NCBI GenBank assembly: GCA_035685925.1
Contig: DASRZZ010000052.1
Coordinates: 17,615 to 81,614, forward strand
Length of the DNA stretch: 64,000 nucleotides
Source of the DNA: Syntrophales bacterium
GTDB lineage: Bacteria > Desulfobacterota > Syntrophia > Syntrophales > UBA2185
Reading direction: 5' to 3'
Every line of letters begins with the position of its first letter. Position 1 is the stretch's first letter. Position numbers and translations under genes: made by a program. Of the stretch, positions 56,444 to 64,000 are shown one piece after another. The notes under the pieces were generated by a model. That model made no database searches. It was not told the origin of the DNA and saw only the letters and a program-made list of their open reading frames with translations.

Positions 56444-56769
56444 TTACCCTTTTGCTGATAAATATCCCTCGGCAAGGGATTTATTAACGTGAAAATCTCC
56501 TGCGTTCATGTCTTTCAACGGCGGGTAATCTTTCGTGATTGCCGGAAATTGATCGGCCTTGCCCTGTTCCCTGATAACGGAACCAGCTGGAACCTAACGG
56601 CCATCGGCCACTCTGACGCCCATGAGAATAACGCCCGGTTCAATCACACATTCTCCCCCCACGAAGGACTTAAATATCAAGGACCTCATACCAACGAAGG
56701 ATCCTGCCCAGGATCACATTGCCATTGTGACGATCTCCCTGACATGAGGCGAAAATCCGGCGAGTTTTC
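56444..56769 (-). pseudogene. Degraded hexapeptide-repeat (left-handed beta-helix; gamma-carbonic-anhydrase / CaiE / PaaY-like) gene fragment
   Basis: Minus-strand translation gives three colinear pieces in three different frames, separated by stops. They are ...GDRHNGNVILGRIL..., ...SFVGGECVIEPGVILMGVRVADGR and VPAGSVIREQGKADQFPAITKDYPPLKDMNAGDFHVNKSLAEGYL-stop. Their order matches the C-terminal two-thirds of gamma-CA-like proteins. The N-terminal third is missing. Confidence 0.4.
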
Positions 56770-57393
56770 CTAATGTGACAGGTAATTTTTCTTTTCCAGT
56801 TCGACAAGTTCTTCCCACACAGCATCAACAACAGACCGGGTAATTTCGATCGAGCCTCTATTGTCGATTACAAAATCGGCGTGGGGAATCTTTTCGTCGA
56901 TGGGCATCTGTGTGCCAAGCCTTCTTTCGGCATCTTTGCGGCTGCAAGCGTTTCTGTCCGTCAAACGTCTTATCTGATGTTCTGGAGAAGCATGTACTAA
57001 GATCACAACATCAAACAAATGCTGCATCCTGACTTCTATAAGGAGAGGAATATCTGCTATAACAACGGCACGCGGATTTATTTTTCGGACATCTCCCATC
57101 CTCTGCCGCCACAGGCCGAAAACGGCAGGGTGAACGATGCTGTTAAGCCTGGAAAGTTTCTCCTGATCTGAAAAGACGATAAGGCCAAGCTTTGCCCTGT
57201 TAATTGTTTCATCCTCATTTAAAATATCTCTTCCGAAAACCTCCACAACGGCCTTCCATGCCGGCTGATCCGGCTCTTCCGCAAAATGTGCCAGCGCATC
57301 AAAGTCGATGAGATAGGCCCCTTTATCCTCAAACATCTTCGCTACAGTCGATTTTCCTGAGGCGATGCCACCTGTCAAACCCACGTTCAGCAT
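56770..57393 (-). CDS. coaE: Dephospho-CoA kinase
   Basis: MLNVGLTGGIASGKSTVAKMF has the P-loop at the extreme N-terminus, as in CoaE. The track ORF starts 8 codons earlier, at a TTG. Confidence 0.9.
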   Translation of the reverse strand: MLNVGLTGGIASGKSTVAKMFEDKGAYLIDFDALAHFAEEPDQPAWKAVVEVFGRDILNEDETINRAKLGLIVFSDQEKLSRLNSIVHPAVFGLWRQRMGDVRKINPRAVVIADIPLLIEVRMQHLFDVVILVHASPEHQIRRLTDRNACSRKDAERRLGTQMPIDEKIPHADFVIDNRGSIEITRSVVDAVWEELVELEKKNYLSH

Positions 57394-57471
57394 ATGATTG
57401 TGCCGCCGAGAATCCAATAGCGATAAAATATTTTACATAGATTGCATGAATCTTGCCAAAAAATGATTCGC

Positions 57472-58242
57472 CTAACACTCGCTATTTCTTTTATGGAGAA
57501 TCCGGAGTCCTTCCAGTGTTAGCATCTCATCGACGATATTTATGCTTTTCGTTTCATGAGAGATGACATTCGCGAGTCCACCCGTCGCTATAACCTTCGC
57601 GTCTGACATGACTTCCGCCTTAATACGGCTCACAAGGCCGTCTACGAGGCTTGCGTAGCCGAACAGTATGCCCGCCTGCATACTGCTCACGGTGTCCTTG
57701 CCGATGACAGACTTGGGTCTCGCGATTTCCACCCTCGGAAGCTTTGCCGCCTTGCCGAAGAGCGCCTCGCTCGCTATCATGATGCCCGGCGATATGCACC
57801 CGCCCATGTACTCACCCTTTTTTGAAACATAATCAAATGTAGTGGCAGTGCCAAAATCAACAATTATGATATCCCCTCCGTACTTTTCGAATGCGGCAAC
57901 GGCGTTGACGATCCTGTCTGCTCCCACTTCTTTCGGATTATCGTACAGAATGGGCATTCCCGTTTTTATGCCCGGTCCCACTATGAGTGGCTTGACATTG
58001 AAGTATTTTTCACAGAGAGGCTCCAGGATGTTAAGCATGGTGGGAACTACACACGAAATGATAATATCCTTAATAGCCCTTGGTCTGATCCTGCTGTTTT
58101 TATAAAGATTGTAGATCAACATACCGTATTCATCGACGGTATGATCAACAACAGTCCGTATTCGCCAGTCATGGACCAGTTCATCCCCATCATACAGACC
58201 CAAAACGGTGTTGGTATTTCCGACATCTATAACGAGAAGCAT
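57472..58242 (-). CDS. coaX: Type III pantothenate kinase
   Basis: [17 protein letters not shown]..., DFGTATTFD and GADR are CoaX (ASKHA fold) motifs. Confidence 0.9.
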   Translation of the reverse strand: MLLVIDVGNTNTVLGLYDGDELVHDWRIRTVVDHTVDEYGMLIYNLYKNSRIRPRAIKDIIISCVVPTMLNILEPLCEKYFNVKPLIVGPGIKTGMPILYDNPKEVGADRIVNAVAAFEKYGGDIIIVDFGTATTFDYVSKKGEYMGGCISPGIMIASEALFGKAAKLPRVEIARPKSVIGKDTVSSMQAGILFGYASLVDGLVSRIKAEVMSDAKVIATGGLANVISHETKSINIVDEMLTLEGLRILHKRNSEC

Positions 58243-58307
58243 ACGTCAAACCTCGCAGCGAGCAATTACCTGCGGCAGCCCGATTTGTTGATTAAAATGC
58301 CAGCGAC

Positions 58308-59141
58308 CTATTCGATCTTCAAGGATATATCGGATGCCGGCACTGAATGAGTGAGGGCTCCCACGGATATGAAGTCAACCCCGGTTTTTGCAATCTGTCT
58401 TACATTCGCAAGGGTAACATTGCCGGAGGCCTCCAGCGGCACCCTGCCACCCGCAGCCGCAACGGCCTTTCGCATATCCTCGAGAGACATGTTGTCCAGC
58501 ATTATCACATCCGCCCCGGAGTTTACGGCTTCCTCAAGTTCCTGAAGATTTTTTACTTCAATTTCGACCTTCAGCGTATGGGGCAGCCGTCCGCGAACCC
58601 TGGCCAGCGCCTGCGATATGCCGCCCGCCGCGACAATGTGGTTGTCTTTGATGAGGACACCGTCATAGAGACCGAATCGATGGTTGTGGCCGCCGCCAAT
58701 CCTCACGGCGTACTTGTCAAGATAGCGTAACCCAGGCGCCGTTTTTCTCGTGTCGAGGATCTTGGCCTTTGTTCCTTTGACCTCGTCGACATATTGCCGC
58801 GTGAACGTCGCAATGCCGCACATCCTCTGAAGAAAATTGAGGGCCACCCTTTCGGCAGTGAGTATTCTGCTGAGATTGCCTGATATCTCAGCGATACGCC
58901 CGCCCTTTCCCACCACATCCCCATCATTACAGCAGCCTGTAAATTTCATGCCCGGATCGAGGAAAAGAAAGGTCTCTTCAAAGACATCAATCCCCGCCAC
59001 GACAACAACTGATTTCGCAAGAGCCAATGCCTTGCCAGTCTCTTCACCTGTAAGCGCCGCTGCCGTAGTTACATCCGCCTCACCGGTGTCTTCTTCAATT
59101 GCCGTCTGGACTATCCTGCGTATTATATGCTTCTGCAACAT
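58308..59141 (-). CDS. nadC: Nicotinate-nucleotide diphosphorylase (carboxylating) / quinolinate phosphoribosyltransferase
   Basis: 277 aa. ERVALNFLQRMCGIAT, ILDTRKTAPGLR, YAVRIGGGHNHR and MLDNM are NadC motifs. Confidence 0.9.
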   Translation of the reverse strand: MLQKHIIRRIVQTAIEEDTGEADVTTAAALTGEETGKALALAKSVVVVAGIDVFEETFLFLDPGMKFTGCCNDGDVVGKGGRIAEISGNLSRILTAERVALNFLQRMCGIATFTRQYVDEVKGTKAKILDTRKTAPGLRYLDKYAVRIGGGHNHRFGLYDGVLIKDNHIVAAGGISQALARVRGRLPHTLKVEIEVKNLQELEEAVNSGADVIMLDNMSLEDMRKAVAAAGGRVPLEASGNVTLANVRQIAKTGVDFISVGALTHSVPASDISLKIE

Positions 59142-59218
59142 GATAAAGATGCTCGGCGGTTTTTGACATGCTGATACATGCAGTGCACACCCGGAAGACC
59201 TGCGTACTTGACGTCTTC

Positions 59219-61876
59219 CTAACCCATTTTCTGGAGTTTTTTCAGGGCCGCCGCGAGGACAGAGTGTTTCTCTCTTACGTCCCTGAACTTTTCTTCTTCT
59301 TTTGCCACGATGGCCTTCGAGGCCTTCACAAGGAAATCCTGATTTGCGAGCTTTTTCGAAATCACAGCAAGGTCTTTATCCACCTTTGCCATCTCCCTCT
59401 CGAGTCTCTTCCTCTCTCCTGCAAAGTCCACCACGCCTTCAAGGAGCACGTACACCCGCATGGAACCGACAACGCCAGTGGCAGCATTCTTGGGCTCCTC
59501 TCCGCCATCGGTCACAGTCAATGCCTCAAGATTAGCCAAACTGGTAACGTAGCTGCCACCAATTCCCATTACCTCACGCGATTCCTTATCAGGAGCGTAA
59601 ATTGCAACTTTTAATTTTTTCGATGGCGCTATATTCATCTCACCTCTGATGTTTCTGATAGAAGTGATCGTGTCCATGATGTTCCCCATCTGTCTATCCG
59701 CGACCGGGTCATGAAAAGTATCCTGGGGCGTGGGAAATTCACTTACCATGACCGAAGTCCCATCGTCTACGAGGGTCTGCCATATCTCCTCAGTAACAAA
59801 AGGCATGATTGGATGAAGCATCTTCAGGGACGACATCATGACAGTAAGAAGTGTACGCTGAGCAGCGCGCCTCTTTTCTGGCTCGCCTCTCCCATAAAGC
59901 TCGGGCTTGACAAGCTCAAGGTACCAGTCACATAGCTCATGCCAGATAAACCGATAGATACCTGAAGCAGCGTCATTGAAACGATACTCATCCAGAGATT
60001 TGATAACTTCCGAAATAGTTATATACAGGCGATGCTTGATCCATCTGTCTGGAAGGGATTCATTGTCTCTGCCTATTTGTGCCCCTGAAGATGAGTAATC
60101 GTCGAGGTTCATGAGGGCAAACCGAGTTGCATTCCAGAGCTTGTTTACAAAATGCTTGTAGCCGGCTATGCGCTCCTCCGACATCCTGATATCCCTGCCC
60201 TGGGCTGTCAGGGCAACCAGAGTGAACCTGAACGCATCGGCCCCAAATTTATCGATCATCTCTAGAGGATCTATAATGTTCCCCCGTGATTTGCTCATCT
60301 TTTCTCCCAGCTCATCACGTACCAGGGCGTGGAGATAAACATCCCTGAAAGGAACATCCTTCATCACATAAAGCCCCATCATCATCATCCTAGCCACCCA
60401 GAAGAAGAGTATGTCAAAACCTGTGATGAGGAGAGATGTAGGATAAAACGTCTTTAGGGCTTCTGTCTTTTCGGGCCACCCGAGGGTTGAAAAAGGCCAG
60501 AGGGCGGAGCTGAACCACGTATCAAGTACATCTTCTTCCTGTCTGAGGCTGCTGCCTCTGCAGTTCGGACAGTCAACAGGATCTATGGTCGAGACGATTT
60601 CTTTTCCGCAGCTTCCGCAATACCAAACGGGTATTCTGTGTCCCCACCAGATCTGTCTCGAAATGCACCAGTCCCGGATATTGTTCATCCACTCGAAATA
60701 AGTGCTTTCCCACATCGCGGGGAGTATCCTTGTGTCCCCTTTTATCACCGCCGCAGTCGCCACCTTTGCCAAGGGTTTAATCTTGACAAACCACTGAGCG
60801 GAGACCATGGGCTCTATGTCCGTCTTGCAACGATAGCATTGCCCCACATTATGACTGTACGGTTTCTTTCCTAAGAGGTATCCTCCTTTCCTGAGATCAC
60901 GGAGAATGTTTTGCCTGGCCTCGTAACGGTCCTGCCCCTGATAGACGCCGCCATTTTCATTGATGACTCCGTTGCCATCTATGATGTTTACTATTTCCAG
61001 ATGATGCCGCTCGGCTATGGCAAAGTCATTCGGATCAGAGGAGGGCGTGATTTTGACTGCTCCTGAACCAAACTCCACACTCACATGGCTGTCGGCAATG
61101 ATCGGTATTATTCTGTTGACGAGAGGCAGGATCACCTTTTTCCCAATTTTGTCCTTGTACCGCTTATCATCAGGGTTAACGGCAACGGCTGTATCCCCCA
61201 ACATGGTCTCCGGACGGGTGGTTGCAACTACGATGTCGCCGCCACCTTCTACGTAAGGATACCTGATCTCCCAGAGGGCACCCTCCTTTTCTTCATATTC
61301 CACTTCAAGATCTGATATGGCTGTATGACATCTGGGACACCAGTTGACGATATAGTCGCCGCGATAGATGAGCCCCTCATTGTATAGACGCACAAATACT
61401 TCCCTTACGGCCTTGGATCGTTTCTCATCCATGGTGAAGGATTCCCTCGACCAGTCACATGAACAGCCCAGCCTTTTTAACTGATTAATGATGACCCCGC
61501 CGTATTTCTCCTTCCATTCCCATACGCGCTCGATAAATTTTTCTCTGCCTAAATCATGTCTGGTGATGCCTTCTTTGGCGAGCTCTTGCTCAACTACATT
61601 CTGGGTCGCGATCCCCGCATGATCGGTTCCCGGCATCCAGAGGGCATTGTAACCCTGCATCCTTCTATATCTCGTCATGACATCTTGCAGCGTGTTATTC
61701 AAGGCATGCCCCATGTGAAGCATGCCAGTTACATTGGGAGGAGGAATAACGATGGAAAATTGAGGCTTGGAACTCGAATCCTCGGCCCTGAAGAGGTCAC
61801 GATCAAGCCAGTACCGATACCACCTGGCTTCCGATGCCTGCGGTTCATAAGCCTTGCCCAACAATTCTTTAGCCAT
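59219..61876 (-). CDS. valS: Valine--tRNA ligase
   Basis: 885 aa. It has the HIGH motif (PNVTGMLHMGHAL), the KMSKS motif (GEKMSKSRGN), a CP1 editing domain and a C-terminal coiled coil. Confidence 0.97.
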   Translation of the reverse strand: MAKELLGKAYEPQASEARWYRYWLDRDLFRAEDSSSKPQFSIVIPPPNVTGMLHMGHALNNTLQDVMTRYRRMQGYNALWMPGTDHAGIATQNVVEQELAKEGITRHDLGREKFIERVWEWKEKYGGVIINQLKRLGCSCDWSRESFTMDEKRSKAVREVFVRLYNEGLIYRGDYIVNWCPRCHTAISDLEVEYEEKEGALWEIRYPYVEGGGDIVVATTRPETMLGDTAVAVNPDDKRYKDKIGKKVILPLVNRIIPIIADSHVSVEFGSGAVKITPSSDPNDFAIAERHHLEIVNIIDGNGVINENGGVYQGQDRYEARQNILRDLRKGGYLLGKKPYSHNVGQCYRCKTDIEPMVSAQWFVKIKPLAKVATAAVIKGDTRILPAMWESTYFEWMNNIRDWCISRQIWWGHRIPVWYCGSCGKEIVSTIDPVDCPNCRGSSLRQEEDVLDTWFSSALWPFSTLGWPEKTEALKTFYPTSLLITGFDILFFWVARMMMMGLYVMKDVPFRDVYLHALVRDELGEKMSKSRGNIIDPLEMIDKFGADAFRFTLVALTAQGRDIRMSEERIAGYKHFVNKLWNATRFALMNLDDYSSSGAQIGRDNESLPDRWIKHRLYITISEVIKSLDEYRFNDAASGIYRFIWHELCDWYLELVKPELYGRGEPEKRRAAQRTLLTVMMSSLKMLHPIMPFVTEEIWQTLVDDGTSVMVSEFPTPQDTFHDPVADRQMGNIMDTITSIRNIRGEMNIAPSKKLKVAIYAPDKESREVMGIGGSYVTSLANLEALTVTDGGEEPKNAATGVVGSMRVYVLLEGVVDFAGERKRLEREMAKVDKDLAVISKKLANQDFLVKASKAIVAKEEEKFRDVREKHSVLAAALKKLQKMG

Positions 61877-61888
61877 GAAATATCTCCG

Positions 61889-63067
61889 TTAGAATATCTT
61901 TAATTCCTCTTTTAGCTTTCGGATAATCAAGAGGGCATCGACACCAGTGACGGGATCGAGGGGTCCAAACTCCCCGCTGGAAAGGTCTTTCGCCTCCATC
62001 ATCCCTCTCGACGTCACGACCATTACTGCGTTAAAGTAGGGCAAATCTGACCTCAGATCGGGAAACGGCGACGTACTACCCATAAACTTTGTGGCAAGCG
62101 AATTGTCCCCTGAAACCTTGATCAATATGTCTTCGATCATCATGGCGTATGTTGCGCGATCTACCATATCATTCGGGTGGAATAAACCATCTGGATAAGT
62201 CTCCAACCCCCGAACGCCTACGCGGAGGATCCCTTCAATATCTGCCTTCGAGGGATAATTGGCTATATCTGTCGCCGTTATCGCCTTAGCCTTCGCCTTT
62301 TCCGGGCCTTTAAATGACGTATCGAAGGTCTTTATCGCTTTCTTTTTATAGAGGGCATCAATCTTTAACTCTTCCATAAAGAGGGCGGCGGCGTCAGCCC
62401 TGTTTATGCTTTCAAGTATGGCAATCTTTTTCCCTGTGATCGTCCCCGGCATGGCCTTCTGGATTTTCTGCGTCAGATTCCATTCAGTATCCGCCTCCTT
62501 CACATAATCACGCTTCATTTCAATTACCTGCTTGAACATCAGCCCAGCGTCAGTGAAATCCAGTGCCGTCTTGTCGGCAATGCCCATAAAATAATAGGCG
62601 GCAGAAGACTGGGGGTCAATAGCAATGGCTTTGTAAAATTCGCTCTTCGCGTCTTTGATCCAGTCCTTTCCTGCTTTGCTCAACGTATAGAGTTTTATCC
62701 AGCTTGTGCAGACAAAAACCTTATCATCATCAGTTTTTGCGAATTTTCGGGCCTGCTTCATGGAACCATTTGCAGCCTTGAAATCTCTCTGATAAGCCAT
62801 AACCAGGCCGTTTCCCGCATAGGACTTCGAATATTTTGGGTCGAGTGCAATCGCCCGATCGAATTCTCCCTTGGCATCAGTGTACTTCTCCTGATCGAGA
62901 AACTTCATGCCAACAGAAAAATGATGCTCCGGTGTATCTAATTCGCTTACAGGCCTCACAGCTTTGGACCCGCAAGAAATAATAAAAAATCCCACTGCAA
63001 AAACAAAGAATATCAAAAAACACTGATAATTCAGTCGATGTAGCATTAAGCGTTTTCCTTCCATCAA
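61889..63067 (-). CDS. TPR-repeat lipoprotein with C-terminal SLH-like domain
   Basis: 392 aa. It has a lipobox (IISCGS) and several TPR-like repeats (YTDAKGEFDRAIALDPKYSKSY..., AIAIDPQSSAAYYFMG). The C-terminal region resembles S-layer-homology repeats (FPDL...YFNAVMVVTSRGMM). It lies 12 nt downstream of valS. Confidence 0.55.
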   Translation of the reverse strand: MMEGKRLMLHRLNYQCFLIFFVFAVGFFIISCGSKAVRPVSELDTPEHHFSVGMKFLDQEKYTDAKGEFDRAIALDPKYSKSYAGNGLVMAYQRDFKAANGSMKQARKFAKTDDDKVFVCTSWIKLYTLSKAGKDWIKDAKSEFYKAIAIDPQSSAAYYFMGIADKTALDFTDAGLMFKQVIEMKRDYVKEADTEWNLTQKIQKAMPGTITGKKIAILESINRADAAALFMEELKIDALYKKKAIKTFDTSFKGPEKAKAKAITATDIANYPSKADIEGILRVGVRGLETYPDGLFHPNDMVDRATYAMMIEDILIKVSGDNSLATKFMGSTSPFPDLRSDLPYFNAVMVVTSRGMMEAKDLSSGEFGPLDPVTGVDALLIIRKLKEELKIF

Positions 63068-63273
63068 AACTTCGTTTAACCTAACTGTCCGGGATTAAGC
63101 TGTTGCAGTATTAACACCAGACCTTTTCTTAACTACGAGATGTAAGAATTCTCAATATCGTTGGAAATCACGAAATTAACTATATTCATACTAAATCGAA
63201 GTCAAGACATTTAGCAGAATCTGTTTAAAATGCAAAAGCAAACCAATGGTTGCAATATCTCGCATGCAAAACC

Positions 63274-64000
63274 TCATGGAGACAGAAAATGGTCAATTTT
63301 TTGTCTCACAGCATCAAGGTCGGATGGAGCGAACCATTCAATTTGACCATCTGCACCAAACCAGGTCATCTGCCTTTTGGCAAAATGCCTCGTATCACGT
63401 TTAATCATCCTTATGGCATCTTCGAGATTGCATGACCCTTTTATCAACCTAGCAATATGTTTATACCCGAGAGCTTGCATGGGCTTCAGGCTCTCATGGT
63501 ACCCCATAGAGAGAAGTCCCTCTACTTCATAAACCAACCCGTCCTCCATCATTCTCTCCGTTCTTTGATCTATTCTCTTATAAAGCTCCGTGCGCTCCAT
63601 CATGAGGCCTATCTTAGTGGACTCATAAAGGTTGTCACCGAAGTTATGATACCTCTGCTTCTCTACGATCGAAAGACCACATAGCTCCAGAACCTCCAGT
63701 GCACGTATGATCCTGGGAATATCATTTCTATCAATCTGGGCAGCGGCCTGTTCATCTCTTTCTTTCAACTTCTCATATAGATATGTCTTACCGAATCGTT
63801 TGAGTTCCTGTCTGTATAGCCCTCTCAGATCCTCATTAGCATCGGGACCGTCAAAGAGTCCTCCCAAGAGTGCCTTTATATAGAGACCGGTCCCACCAAC
63901 CACAAAGATGGGTTTCCCCTCGTCATAGAGATTCCCGATAATCACTTCGGCCAGCCTGATGAACATGGCCGCGTTGAATTGTTCATCCGGATTTATGACA
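63274..64000 (-). CDS. miaA: tRNA dimethylallyltransferase (5' end outside the window)
   Basis: KPIFVVGGTGLYIKALLGG, RIIRALEV and TRHFAKRQMTWF are MiaA motifs. The reading frame stays open upstream of the track ATG (…VINPDEQFNAAMF…) to the window edge. Confidence 0.85.
   Translation of the reverse strand, partial: VINPDEQFNAAMFIRLAEVIIGNLYDEGKPIFVVGGTGLYIKALLGGLFDGPDANEDLRGLYRQELKRFGKTYLYEKLKERDEQAAAQIDRNDIPRIIRALEVLELCGLSIVEKQRYHNFGDNLYESTKIGLMMERTELYKRIDQRTERMMEDGLVYEVEGLLSMGYHESLKPMQALGYKHIARLIKGSCNLEDAIRMIKRDTRHFAKRQMTWFGADGQIEWFAPSDLDAVRQKIDHFLSP

Noticed and set aside
1-64000. Searched by eye for CRISPR arrays, tRNA/rRNA/tmRNA genes, transposase or integrase genes, and toxin-antitoxin pairs.
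   Set aside because: I saw no regularly spaced direct repeats, no tRNA-like T-arm/acceptor patterns in the spacers, and no transposase/integrase-like ORFs in the track. Absence is based on visual inspection only and should be confirmed with tRNAscan-SE, Infernal and CRISPR finders.

Overview
64-kb chromosomal window with about 58 protein-coding genes. I saw no rRNA, tRNA or CRISPR array. Housekeeping genes (eno, mtgA, skp-like, aconitase, icd, rlmN, bamD, trxA, queF, coaE, coaX, nadC, valS, miaA) are interleaved with an unusually dense set of anaerobic acyl-CoA metabolism modules. These are: two adjacent family-III CoA-transferase paralogues packed against a kinase-fusion gene; a PaaK-type CoA ligase; and a FixCX + acyl-CoA dehydrogenase + FixAB block preceded by a collapsed acyl-CoA dehydrogenase remnant. 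The best candidate for an uncharacterised system is a sigma54-linked island at 38.0-48.0 kb. It encodes a Pct-type CoA-transferase, a 4-hydroxybutyryl-CoA-dehydratase-family enzyme with apparently altered Fe-S ligands, an MFS transporter, EtfB, a ferredoxin-fused EtfA, a second acyl-CoA dehydrogenase and a convergent PAS/AAA+/HTH enhancer-binding protein. Two -24/-12 promoter matches precede its two operon segments. Other notable items: a truncated ORF-less group II intron remnant directly behind a terminator hairpin, a degraded hexapeptide-repeat pseudogene, a solo bacterial dynamin-like GTPase, a RecB-like nuclease wedged between aconitase and icd, an internally duplicated Cys-motif protein, a pseudo-receiver/XRE/cupin patch, and a TetR-RND tripartite efflux operon with a perfect palindromic operator candidate. 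The gene content suggests a strictly anaerobic, syntroph- or sulfate-reducer-like deltaproteobacterial-type genome, but this is inference only. CDS coordinates come from the supplied ORF track, with some start codons re-chosen by codon arithmetic. Coordinates of short non-coding motifs were counted by eye and may be off by 1-2 nt. All family calls rest on motifs I recognise in the translations. No database search was run.
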